A DNA stretch of 64,000 nt from a virus (lineage: Duplodnaviria; Heunggongvirae; Uroviricota; Caudoviricetes), in the IMG/VR virus record IMGVR_UViG_3300037455_000543, positions 251,136-315,135 of that record; one strand, given 5' to 3'. The number at the start of each line of letters is the position of its first letter. Position 1 is the first letter of the stretch. Made by a program: the position numbers and the translations under genes. The notes beneath the pieces are model-generated. The model saw only the letters and a program-made list of their open reading frames with translations. It searched no databases and was not told where the DNA came from. Positions 19,883-29,023 of the stretch are shown here, piece by piece.

Positions 19883-20656
19883 TTATAATTTTTGCTTAGC
19901 CATGAAGGAATCTTTCATTTCATTATTTGTCAAAAATTCAATATGCATGTCCTTTAATCTTTTCAACGGCTTTATATTAAGTTCGTTCTCGACAGTCGTT
20001 CCGTGTTTGCCAATAAGATATGCTGTAAATGCCCAATATATGTCATTCGGTTCTGCATAACCCCATACTATTACAGGAATATGAGTATCTTTTTTCTTTG
20101 CATTGCCCCATGCACTGGCAAAAGTATATGCAACATCTGGAGAAGTCGTATAAGAATTATATTCCTTCGACATATTATCAAGATATTTCAACAAATCTTC
20201 AGGTCTCTCGCTTGTCGCTCTCCATGCATCATAGACATCTTTTTTCAAAGAAATTCCACGATAAACCTTTACATAGCCTTTCTTAAACTTATTCAAAAAC
20301 TCAAGAATATCCCTAATCTGTTTCGGAAACTTTTCAGCCATTGCATACAGTTCATCCACAGTCATTATGTCATTATAATAATCCCTGAATTTCTTGAACT
20401 TTTCCGGGTCGTTTTCCATTCCCTTGTCAATAATACCGTCCAATGCCGCAGAAATCAATGTTGCATTATCACGCTTCTTGTTATTCATCCATTTGGCGCC
20501 GTCTCGGTCGGTATACGTATCATCTTCGACATAAGGATATTCAATATCTTTCTTATGTGCATTCATATTGTCTATATGAGTCTGAAACCTGTCAGCATCA
20601 TATAAAGAATAATCTGGATTCTCTGTCAAAAACTGTCTAAAACTCTTCTTCATCAT
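19883..20656 (-). CDS. Putative R-S-E class ADP-ribosyltransferase (Alt/Mod-like)
   Basis: KVYRG, NSYTTS, ENEL motifs; capsid-targeting-like MKKSFRQFLTE. Confidence 0.65.
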   Translation of the reverse strand: MMKKSFRQFLTENPDYSLYDADRFQTHIDNMNAHKKDIEYPYVEDDTYTDRDGAKWMNNKKRDNATLISAALDGIIDKGMENDPEKFKKFRDYYNDIMTVDELYAMAEKFPKQIRDILEFLNKFKKGYVKVYRGISLKKDVYDAWRATSERPEDLLKYLDNMSKEYNSYTTSPDVAYTFASAWGNAKKKDTHIPVIVWGYAEPNDIYWAFTAYLIGKHGTTVENELNIKPLKRLKDMHIEFLTNNEMKDSFMAKQKL

Positions 20657-22113
20657 CCTACCTGCTGCAATGCTACGCCATTCTTTACGATAAATGAATA
20701 CCTGTTACCATTATTGGATGTAATGCCATCAAATGTCATTGTGTCCAAGTCAAAATCAATCCTGTCAAACAACTTAAGTTGTAATCTTATAATACATGCG
20801 CCACGTTTATTGACAACAGTATATTTGTTGTTAGGCAACTTGACAACATAATATTCTTCCGCATGCCATACACTCGGTTCTCGAGAATAGATGTTACCAG
20901 GGGCTCTCTGTATATCCTTCGCCTTGAAATTAAATAATTCCTTACCAGTTACACAGTTGACAAGCTGCATACTCTTGTCTTCGTTATATACCATTATATT
21001 CTCACTGTCAATAACCTTGACAAATCGATTTATCCTTGCGTATTTCTTTCCTATCTGACCTACGCCTTCCTTGTAGATATACCAGTGCCTACCTTCGTTG
21101 GTATCTTCATTATATTCCGTATCGGCTATCGCATATATATTTTCCTTTATTTCAGAAATATACATACCGAAAGGTGTTATCATCTTGTTATTCTTTACGA
21201 ATACGTGAAAACCGCCAAGTCTACATTCCAATACGGCTTTGTCAAAAGAATCAGCTGGCTTTACCTTGTCGAATACCTTTTTCGGATTCTTCGTAGTATC
21301 TAGCTTTGCCTGTATCTGCTTTACATCAAGAATCTGTTTAGCATATCTGCTACACTCTGCATCAATATCATGAACAACCTGCATGTTTTCCAGCTGTTTG
21401 AGGTTATTGATGTTCAATTCATATTCGCCACAGCCCCTATGTCTTCCCATAAGATATGCTGTAAATGCCCAATATACGTCATTCGGTTCTACAATGGCCG
21501 ATATTACAACCGGAACTAAAGTTCTACTATTATATGCATCAGCTGTAAAGCCTCGCGCAATCATCGGACATACGCTAAACGAATTGAATTCCTTAGTCCT
21601 GTTGTCAATCTTGTTCAATAATTCTACAGTCGGTCTACCAGAAGACTTTATGTATTTAATATAGTCTTTTTGGTTCAATATATAACCCCTGTAGACTTTA
21701 ATTCTTCCGGTCTTATACTTTCCTAGGAATTGTAAAATCTCGTCCAGAGTGTCCTTATGACGCGAACGGAGGACGTCAAAATCATCCTCGTTACCACTCC
21801 TATACATCTCAGCTTCTTCTTTGGCTATAGGAATCCCATCATCAGTCATCGAATCTATTATACCGTCCAATGCCGCAGAAATTAATGTCATATCGCTACG
21901 ACTTTTGACTTCTGTCCACTTGATGCCCTTGTTGTCCTGATATCTCTGGTCATCCTGATAAATAACGCCAGCCTTTCTAGCCTTTACCTTGTCAATATGC
22001 TCGGTATTGCCTTCCCTGGCCTTCTTAGCCATATCAAGCTGCTTACCGAGACGCCTCATATCAAGAGACGTGAATTCAGCACTCTCATCTATAAAATCGC
22101 GCACGCTTTTCAT
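20653..22113 (-). CDS. Putative R-S-E ADP-ribosyltransferase with extra beta-rich C-terminal domain
   Basis: KVYRG, NSFS, EYEL; paralog of the downstream gene (TLISAALDGIID, EPND.YWAFTAYL); start MKSVRDFIDE 4 nt after TATAAATA. Confidence 0.65.
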   Translation of the reverse strand: MKSVRDFIDESAEFTSLDMRRLGKQLDMAKKAREGNTEHIDKVKARKAGVIYQDDQRYQDNKGIKWTEVKSRSDMTLISAALDGIIDSMTDDGIPIAKEEAEMYRSGNEDDFDVLRSRHKDTLDEILQFLGKYKTGRIKVYRGYILNQKDYIKYIKSSGRPTVELLNKIDNRTKEFNSFSVCPMIARGFTADAYNSRTLVPVVISAIVEPNDVYWAFTAYLMGRHRGCGEYELNINNLKQLENMQVVHDIDAECSRYAKQILDVKQIQAKLDTTKNPKKVFDKVKPADSFDKAVLECRLGGFHVFVKNNKMITPFGMYISEIKENIYAIADTEYNEDTNEGRHWYIYKEGVGQIGKKYARINRFVKVIDSENIMVYNEDKSMQLVNCVTGKELFNFKAKDIQRAPGNIYSREPSVWHAEEYYVVKLPNNKYTVVNKRGACIIRLQLKLFDRIDFDLDTMTFDGITSNNGNRYSFIVKNGVALQQVG

Positions 22114-22174
22114 AATATATTTATACCTTAAAAAGTATTTACAAACTGCCAAACTATTACTATATTTGATTAAA

Positions 22175-22684
22175 ATGGATGAACATGCAAATTACATACT
22201 TACAAAAGCGGCCAATAAACTGAAGGCAAAATATCCAAACTATAAGATTCATAGGTATAACCATATTTCCAATGTCGAGATACATTCTGACTCTATAGCC
22301 GAACTGGATATAGCCGACGGCGATACCCATATAAGGTTCGAATATTCAGAAGAGATAAATCCTTGGTCTACCACTACCAGCGGACTGCATATGTATGTCG
22401 AAAGACTTTACCGAACGAACCAAAATGTGCCCATGTCCTCCGTATTTCCGGGAACTTCGAATATCCCGTTAGATGTCGACGACATGCTGACCATCGCTGA
22501 CAATATAAACCTGTTCGAAATATTCGACGAACTCTCTTCATACATAAAAATAGCAGGTAATCCAGAAACCAATGCATTATTCCTGCCTACATACTCAAAA
22601 GCCATGTTCGAAAGGATTAAGTTCCTTATAGAACTGGCAAAGATACCTACACATGAGAATATACATCCGGCAATTCGATTCTAA
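22175..22684 (+). CDS. Hypothetical early protein
   Basis: TTTACA(22138)-17-TATATT(22161), then ATG at 22175. Confidence 0.6.
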   Translation: MDEHANYILTKAANKLKAKYPNYKIHRYNHISNVEIHSDSIAELDIADGDTHIRFEYSEEINPWSTTTSGLHMYVERLYRTNQNVPMSSVFPGTSNIPLDVDDMLTIADNINLFEIFDELSSYIKIAGNPETNALFLPTYSKAMFERIKFLIELAKIPTHENIHPAIRF

Positions 22685-23063
22685 TAAACAGACACTGTAT
22701 TATTATATAGACATCAACGACCTCGTGACTACCGATGGCGTGTACGGGGAAGTTCCAGATGTTTCACTATACGAATACGAAGTCCACGAATTTGACGAAA
22801 CCAAGACAAATATCAGGAAAGTCAAGAGGATGAACCTCAGAATCAAGTATTACGAGAAGGAGAAAAACAATAAATACGGAAAATACAGATGCGTAATGCT
22901 CCGTACTGACAAGGATTACCAGATCCGTGCCGTAACAGGCGAATCCAAACACCCGAACAAAATCCTTCTCGACTGGACCACCCTGACACCCAATACAATG
23001 CTCTATATAGCAAACCAGCTCCAGATCGCCATCGCCCTGGACAAAATCGACCAATATATATGA
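22653..23063 (+). CDS. Hypothetical protein with array-type C-terminal helix
   Basis: Ends LYIANQLQIAIALDKI. Confidence 0.6.
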   Translation: MRIYIRQFDSNKQTLYYYIDINDLVTTDGVYGEVPDVSLYEYEVHEFDETKTNIRKVKRMNLRIKYYEKEKNNKYGKYRCVMLRTDKDYQIRAVTGESKHPNKILLDWTTLTPNTMLYIANQLQIAIALDKIDQYI

Positions 23064-23551
23064 CCCAACCACCGATATATACGCCACAAAAACTACCAGA
23101 ACCGGCAGTAATATATAAACCCATCGAAGACCTGTTCAAACCGATTGTCGAAGAAGAAAAACGCCTCTACCAAAACACGGACTATCAAATCGACAACCAC
23201 TGCATAGGCATCAAAAAGTACAGACCGAAAATCGAATTCTCATTCAATGTCATATACCGGTTCGACAACGACAAGCCATACTGGCAAGCCAATATCTGTA
23301 TATCCGGCGAAATCGATATACTTAAAGTCGGCAGCAGAATGCTAGATTTCGAATACTACAAATTCGATACGCTCGAACAGATAACGAAATTCATCAAGTC
23401 CATAGACATAATAAAGATAGCAAATACCTACCTGAGCCTAAACTACCACATGGACGAACAGGGATGTGCGACAGTCAACCCGGATGAATTACATATAATA
23501 CCCGAACTGCAAAATGAAATCCAAATGCACGCAGGTTTAGCATACCTATAA
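23060..23551 (+). CDS. Hypothetical protein
   Basis: ATGA coupling; ends LQNEIQMHAGLAYL. Confidence 0.6.
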   Translation: MTQPPIYTPQKLPEPAVIYKPIEDLFKPIVEEEKRLYQNTDYQIDNHCIGIKKYRPKIEFSFNVIYRFDNDKPYWQANICISGEIDILKVGSRMLDFEYYKFDTLEQITKFIKSIDIIKIANTYLSLNYHMDEQGCATVNPDELHIIPELQNEIQMHAGLAYL

Positions 23552-23552
23552 T

Positions 23553-23580
23553 AAAAAACCGGCCATAATCGACCGGTTTT
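23553..23580. terminator. Bidirectional terminator
   Basis: aaaaaccgg...ccggttttt between convergent genes. Confidence 0.75.
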
Positions 23581-23601
23581 CTTATTTTCTACATATTTTT
23601 A

Positions 23602-24006
23602 TTAATAATCAAGTTTCTGTTCGAGATATGCCATCGCCTTCTGTACATCAGGCTCAGTCTTACTGGTTATCTTTAACGAACCGGCTGTATAATCGGTAGA
23701 ATCCTTAGGGAATACCAAACCAACCTCATCCTCGCTAATTATAAGACGTCCGCAGCCATAACCGTTCTGGTTCCTTAAGATACTGCTGCCATTCTCGCTC
23801 TTGATAACCTTTATTCCCTTATTACGGAAGAATTCAAGCAATGCCATATACCATGCCTTCACATTCTCGTCAGTAAACTGCAACTCCAACTTCGGCGTCA
23901 CTATCTGCGGCTTGCCATGTATCTTATCCGCCAACTTGTCAAACAACCCAACCTCTACCAGATATCCGTTATCCGCAAGTATCTTCTTAGCTTCATTTAT
24001 ATCCAT
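23602..24006 (-). CDS. Late hypothetical protein with N-terminal A..IL..NGY.VE motif
   Basis: Late box at 24027-24034; AAGGA SD. Confidence 0.7.
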   Translation of the reverse strand: MDINEAKKILADNGYLVEVGLFDKLADKIHGKPQIVTPKLELQFTDENVKAWYMALLEFFRNKGIKVIKSENGSSILRNQNGYGCGRLIISEDEVGLVFPKDSTDYTAGSLKITSKTEPDVQKAMAYLEQKLDY

Positions 24007-24025
24007 ATAAATAATCCTTTTTATA

Positions 24026-24415
24026 TTATTTATATAACATACGGCTATCCCCTATACTCTCGAAACCGTTTTTCTCATAAAATATCCTGGATTCAGGCAA
24101 CGTAGACAACCCCACACGACCCATTCCCTTATATATCCCCATAAACATACTCCCAATGCCACAATACCTCATTCCCTTACGTATCTCGAACGAAAAGACA
24201 TATATACCGACATCATCCACCATATGCCTGTATATACATATACCTAACACATACCCGTCATCGTCATATAACATATCCATATATACCGGAAAGGTAAAAC
24301 TACCGTAATCGTTCTTGCCACACATGTCATATGTCAACGAGAACTGGTCCTCGTCTATATCTCCCCAGTCCACCACGTCATTGTGTAAATCATATCTACG
24401 TATATAATATCCCAT
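24026..24415 (-). CDS. GNAT-family acetyltransferase
   Basis: FEIRKGMRYCGIGS (motif A) and FYEKNGF. Confidence 0.75.
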   Translation of the reverse strand: MGYYIRRYDLHNDVVDWGDIDEDQFSLTYDMCGKNDYGSFTFPVYMDMLYDDDGYVLGICIYRHMVDDVGIYVFSFEIRKGMRYCGIGSMFMGIYKGMGRVGLSTLPESRIFYEKNGFESIGDSRMLYK

Positions 24416-24439
24416 AATATAACAATATAGAAAAATTCC

Positions 24440-24960
24440 CCCTTTCGGTAAACCAGATGCAAAAAAATTTTAAAAAAATTTTTGAAACCAAGCCATTTTC
24501 AAAAATAAGCCCGCCCGGGGGAGAAAAACCGTATTATTAGAAAAACCGATTAAGGGAATAACCGAAACCAGATAGGGGATAAACCAAAACCAGATAGGGG
24601 ATAAACCAAAAATTTTTAAAAAATTTTTTATTTTTAGGAGAGACACAGACACACCCGGGGCTAAACCACTAAGGAAATGTTTCGATATTAAACCGTCGGT
24701 ATATATTATATATCGCTAAACACATTTTTTTACAATCGTTTCGTTTTGAATCAGTCGAAAAATTTACACCGGGGTGTCACGGATAGGGGGGCCCCCGGGG
24801 GGCGGGGGGCCCCTATTTTGACGTCGTACTTGCCGTCGTACTACTTGACATTATTTCGATATAACGTCACGGAAGTCGACGTTATCTCAGGCATTTTGAC
24901 GGTCACGGTGACAGTCGCGTTGTCGAATCGAATGTCATCCCTGATGTCGTAGACGGCAAA
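24440..24960. other. Candidate replication origin or genome terminus/packaging locus
   Basis: Non-coding; repeated AAACC, tandem 22-mer, A-tracts, G/C-run hairpin, local GC-skew inversion. Confidence 0.55.
24565..24608 (+). repeat. Perfect tandem 22-bp repeat
   Basis: aaaccagataggggataaacca at 24565-24586 and 24587-24608. Confidence 0.95.
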
Positions 24961-24964
24961 AGGG

Positions 24965-24993
24965 TTTACGAAAATCACGGAGATAATTATATT
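24965..24993 (+). promoter_or_regulatory. Sigma70-type early promoter driving the paralog array
   Basis: TTTACG-17 nt-TATATT, ATG 7 nt downstream. Confidence 0.7.
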
Positions 24994-25000
24994 TGTACCC

Positions 25001-25330
25001 ATGAACGTGTGGATCAATCGCAAGCGAGACTGGACCAAGTCAGGACCGGAGCAGGTGTTCCTGACTGGCGCGAATGGATTCTATCCCGGTGGTTTCATAC
25101 CGGGATCCAATGCCGTAATGCGTTTCGCAGGAATTGAATGCCCAGATGCGAATTTCCGTATACCGGATGATGCTGTTATTGATTGGTACTATGTATTTCC
25201 AGGAGATACTGTAATATACTGGAAAGACGGAATAAGCTCCTGGAACGAGGTCAATGGTATGACAGATGCGATTTCCCTCTGTAACGAGATGCAATTCTTG
25301 AAGGATCTGGAGAAGGTAGATACGATATGA
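25001..25330 (+). CDS. Array paralog 1
   Basis: Ends LCNEMQFLKDLEKV. Confidence 0.7.
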   Translation: MNVWINRKRDWTKSGPEQVFLTGANGFYPGGFIPGSNAVMRFAGIECPDANFRIPDDAVIDWYYVFPGDTVIYWKDGISSWNEVNGMTDAISLCNEMQFLKDLEKVDTI

Positions 25331-25629
25331 CCTGCCATGTAACGACACATATGGGACTTACCGACAGGATGGAGATAGTTACGTCACTGACGCTGAATCA
25401 GGAGACAGGAGGTCTCGACATCAACGGCGTTAGGGAATCGCTCCCTGACACCAAACCGGATCTGCCGATATTCCCGATTGACACCATCGTGGCGTATAAG
25501 GGTACGAAGCTGGAATTCTTCTGTGACGGCAAGTCACATTCATACAGGGTCAAGAACAAGACTGACATGCTCAGGATAATCAACGAGGTTAATTTCCTGC
25601 TAGATCTGGAGGGAGTGAATGCGCTGTGA
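25327..25629 (+). CDS. Array paralog 2
   Basis: Ends RIINEVNFLLDLEGV. Confidence 0.7.
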   Translation: MTCHVTTHMGLTDRMEIVTSLTLNQETGGLDINGVRESLPDTKPDLPIFPIDTIVAYKGTKLEFFCDGKSHSYRVKNKTDMLRIINEVNFLLDLEGVNAL

Positions 25630-25909
25630 GACAGAGACGAGGATTGGCGTAACTGATTCGCTCGAGAACGTGTACTCGCTGGAGAAGATCGGGGAAGAAG
25701 GCGGATTCTGGATATCGGGTGTTCAGCGGGAGTCCGGTGATACGGGGTTACACAGGCAGTTACAGAGACATATCGGCCTGAACCTCGGCGCGAAGGTACT
25801 GTTCGTCGGCAAAGACGGTAAGGAGTTCAGGTACGAGATAAAGACGAAGGCAGATACGCTCAGGATAATCAACGAGGTTAATTTCCTATTGGATCTGGAG
25901 AAGGTATGA
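25619..25909 (+). CDS. Array paralog 3
   Basis: Ends RIINEVNFLLDLEKV. Confidence 0.7.
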   Translation: MRCETETRIGVTDSLENVYSLEKIGEEGGFWISGVQRESGDTGLHRQLQRHIGLNLGAKVLFVGKDGKEFRYEIKTKADTLRIINEVNFLLDLEKV

Positions 25910-26454
25910 TTGTAAAGGTAGTAACGACAGAAGTACATAAGTTTCTGACAAATGCCAAGGAATTCCTGATCGAGGAAGCGAAGAAAGGTAATGCATGTGG
26001 TATGGGAGATATTCCGGATTACATGTGGGAATTCGTGTGCAGTAGGGTAACGGATATCAAGCATAACAATCATTTTTCGGAATTGTACGATATTACTGGT
26101 ACGGTTGCAGAGAGTGATACTGATAAGAAGGAGATGAAACCGGAAAAGGAGAATGTCCAGTACCTTTGGATGATTCCGGCCGTCTTCTACGTGAAGGACG
26201 ACGTTACTGGTACAGACGGGTTAAGTTTTATCGAGACCCACAGCGCGGCAAATGCATTCATTAACGAGATGCAGGTACTTATCGGCCTGAACATGGCAGA
26301 TGATACCGTACAACCTGAATCCGATATGCCGCTTCGTCGTTCTACGTTACCGGAGAAGGCAGAGGATATCGTACCTGATAAGCTTACAGATCTGGATGTT
26401 TCCCTGTTCTACGTTAACAGGGTAGACAGATGTCTCGGGGTTACAGCAGTATGA
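25906..26454 (+). CDS. Array paralog 4 (C-terminally extended)
   Basis: Internal AFINEMQVLIGL. Confidence 0.65.
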   Translation: MIVKVVTTEVHKFLTNAKEFLIEEAKKGNACGMGDIPDYMWEFVCSRVTDIKHNNHFSELYDITGTVAESDTDKKEMKPEKENVQYLWMIPAVFYVKDDVTGTDGLSFIETHSAANAFINEMQVLIGLNMADDTVQPESDMPLRRSTLPEKAEDIVPDKLTDLDVSLFYVNRVDRCLGVTAV

Positions 26455-26849
26455 TGTGTCTGGTGAAGAAGCTCACGCGTGACGGGATGCCGGAGAAACA
26501 GAAGGCAGAGATGCTCAGCAGGCATGTCACCAACGTACGCAAGGCGACCCTGACAACAGGTGTAGCGAATACGGGTCTGCCAGCATTCAATGATCTTGTA
26601 ATTACCGAATTCATGGGATTCGCGAGCTTTGGGGTTCTGGGCAGTAACGTGAATGCGATATACGCAATGAACGGGAAGATATTGAACGAATCTGGCAAGA
26701 ACGAATTCGGTACGACATTCTGCGGTCTCAACGAACAGGTGACATTCACCTCTGACGGGTGGGAACAGACGTACTGCCCGAAGAACATGTCGGAGATTCT
26801 GGTGATGATGAACGAGGTGAGTTTCAAGCTCGCGCTGGAGAATGCATGA
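26451..26849 (+). CDS. Array paralog 5
   Basis: Ends MMNEVSFKLALENA. Confidence 0.7.
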   Translation: MMCLVKKLTRDGMPEKQKAEMLSRHVTNVRKATLTTGVANTGLPAFNDLVITEFMGFASFGVLGSNVNAIYAMNGKILNESGKNEFGTTFCGLNEQVTFTSDGWEQTYCPKNMSEILVMMNEVSFKLALENA

Positions 26850-27184
26850 GAGTGTACGTAGAGAACGATAATGCTCCTGAATCCAACAGCTGCTGTAACG
26901 TGGTCGTATCAGTATGTATGGAGCAGGAACCGGATTGGATTCAGAAGGTACTGCCGAAGGTAGAAAAGCTTGGTCATTACTGTCATATCACCGGTTATTA
27001 CGATATCGATCATGAGCTGGAGGATTCTCCTCATTCTGTCGAGATTCATCCTGGTTGTAACGTCATCGTTCGTACCGGGAAAGGATGCTGCTTGAAGAAA
27101 CACGAATACAGGATTGATTCGGAAGGAGACATCTACAGCTTGTACAACGACATCCTGTTTATGCTCGCAATGGAGAAAGTATGA
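26846..27184 (+). CDS. Array paralog 6
   Basis: Start MRVYVE by ATGA coupling; ends LYNDILFMLAMEKV. Confidence 0.7.
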   Translation: MRVYVENDNAPESNSCCNVVVSVCMEQEPDWIQKVLPKVEKLGHYCHITGYYDIDHELEDSPHSVEIHPGCNVIVRTGKGCCLKKHEYRIDSEGDIYSLYNDILFMLAMEKV

Positions 27185-27597
27185 TTGATATTTGTACCAA
27201 GATTCAGAAGGAAAAGACCGAGAAAACGGGACTCAAAGGTATTACGGTACAGGGTCTTAAAAGCGCGGACTTCGGTCATATGATTATGCGTGACCGGACA
27301 GGTTATAAGTACCTAGAAGTAGGATTGCTTATTACGGCAGATTCGATTCGCATTAAAGAGGAGAAGGAACGTCCGGTATATAAGAATTTTGATGTATGGA
27401 ATGTGGGACAATTGGAAGAGTTTGAAACCAAGACAGTAGAGGAAGAACGTACTGTTGGACAGTATGTGATTCCGCTTGGATCAGAAGTAACGATAAAGTC
27501 CAGTATGAATGGTAAGGAGACATGGAAATTGGATAGTAGTATAACGCAACTTACGAATCAGCTCGATGTACTGATTCCATTGGAGAACGAATGCTGA
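27181..27597 (+). CDS. Array paralog 7
   Basis: GKETW; ends LTNQLDVLIPLENEC. Confidence 0.7.
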   Translation: MIDICTKIQKEKTEKTGLKGITVQGLKSADFGHMIMRDRTGYKYLEVGLLITADSIRIKEEKERPVYKNFDVWNVGQLEEFETKTVEEERTVGQYVIPLGSEVTIKSSMNGKETWKLDSSITQLTNQLDVLIPLENEC

Positions 27598-27980
27598 CAC
27601 TTAAAGTCATATACAATCAGCGCTATCGGGATGCCATGGCTATGACACATAGCGAGATGAAAGAAGTAACAGGAGTATCAATCGGTGATATGGATTTTCG
27701 CGATGTCAAAGGTTACGGGATTACGGTACATGGTATTAGGGTTGAAGGAAAGGAGATTCGTAACGCGAAGATGTACAGATTACAGCTGCCAGATGAACCA
27801 GAAGTAACGAAGAAGTACGACGAGGTAGTATCACGCGGTATGATTACGCAAGGATCTATCGTGACGGCAATATCAAGTATTTCCGGTAAGGAGACGTGGA
27901 ATTTGAATACACCGCTGGATGTCGATGTATGTTGCCGTCAGCTAGAAGTACTGACCGCATTGGAAAATATAAAGGAGTAA
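27591..27980 (+). CDS. Array paralog 8
   Basis: GKETW; ends CRQLEVLTALENIKE. Confidence 0.7.
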   Translation: MLTLKVIYNQRYRDAMAMTHSEMKEVTGVSIGDMDFRDVKGYGITVHGIRVEGKEIRNAKMYRLQLPDEPEVTKKYDEVVSRGMITQGSIVTAISSISGKETWNLNTPLDVDVCCRQLEVLTALENIKE

Positions 27981-27985
27981 GGATT

Positions 27986-28336
27986 ATGTATGCATTAGAA
28001 TCATTGAAGAAAGAATTTCCCACGTTGGTCGAGGATCTTAACCAGTACGATAAGTTCCTTAGACGTTATTACCCGGAAGAGGAGTTGTACAAGATCTACG
28101 ACTCCGATAAGGAAAATTACCATTTCCTCCAGGAAGCGTACGCTGCCAAGCGAGACGGCAACAACGCGTTGTACCTCAAGAACCAATGCAGATACGGACA
28201 GTCGATGAATCACGATGCAGATTTCCTCGCATTCTATCTGAGACAGATGGGTAAGGAGATATCGGCAGATACGACGGCAGAAGAAATGGAACAGATGATT
28301 AAGGACATCAACGATGCGTATATCAGTAAAGTCTGA
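27986..28336 (+). CDS. Unrelated helical hypothetical protein inserted in the array
   Basis: Own SD; lacks the family motif. Confidence 0.65.
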   Translation: MYALESLKKEFPTLVEDLNQYDKFLRRYYPEEELYKIYDSDKENYHFLQEAYAAKRDGNNALYLKNQCRYGQSMNHDADFLAFYLRQMGKEISADTTAEEMEQMIKDINDAYISKV

Positions 28337-28634
28337 TACTAATCCTCTCGGGTACACCATCGATTCTGTTACCGACATCAAGCTATTTGAAGAACCGTAC
28401 CTGAATCAACCCAATTCGTACCTTACGACAGCTCAAGGTCATGGTCGTAATTGGGTCACGTCCTACACCTCTACGGATCGTGGTTACGAGGTAAAGCAAT
28501 TCTATATTGGTCGTAACGCAGAGGTAGAATACGAATCCGAATACGAATCAGGTAAGGTGAAGCTTAGTACAGGAGCAGATTTCAGGGTCTTCGTGAATAA
28601 GGCGAATATGATTATCGCGCTGGAGAATGCGTAA
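28314..28634 (+). CDS. Array paralog 9
   Basis: Ends FVNKANMIIALENA. Confidence 0.7.
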   Translation: MRISVKSDTNPLGYTIDSVTDIKLFEEPYLNQPNSYLTTAQGHGRNWVTSYTSTDRGYEVKQFYIGRNAEVEYESEYESGKVKLSTGADFRVFVNKANMIIALENA

Positions 28635-29023
28635 TGGAAGTACAGATAGGTAAAAGCGCTGCTGATTCAAAGGTGAAGCTGGGTTATATCACTAATGTCA
28701 TACTTGAAAAGTTTGTGGTAGCACCTAACCATGTTCTGGTCATTACCGGGTACAAACCAAATGAACAGGTGATGAAGGCGCAATGGAAGAAAGGTTACGG
28801 ATTATTCCCTGACGGACATACGCAGTACTTCGGAACCAAAAATTATAATGTCTATATAGGAGACGTAGTTCAGGTAACGTCTGATAATGCAGTTAATTGC
28901 GTTACTGTCGAATCAGAAGGTGATTTATATTATTTGAAGAATCTTATTGAGCTGGGAATGGGATTACAGGATGATCCTAAGGATGTAGAATCAACACGTG
29001 TTGGGTACGATGATGAATCTTGA
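28634..29023 (+). CDS. Array paralog 10
   Basis: ESEGDLYYLKNLIELGMGLQD. Confidence 0.7.
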   Translation: MEVQIGKSAADSKVKLGYITNVILEKFVVAPNHVLVITGYKPNEQVMKAQWKKGYGLFPDGHTQYFGTKNYNVYIGDVVQVTSDNAVNCVTVESEGDLYYLKNLIELGMGLQDDPKDVESTRVGYDDES

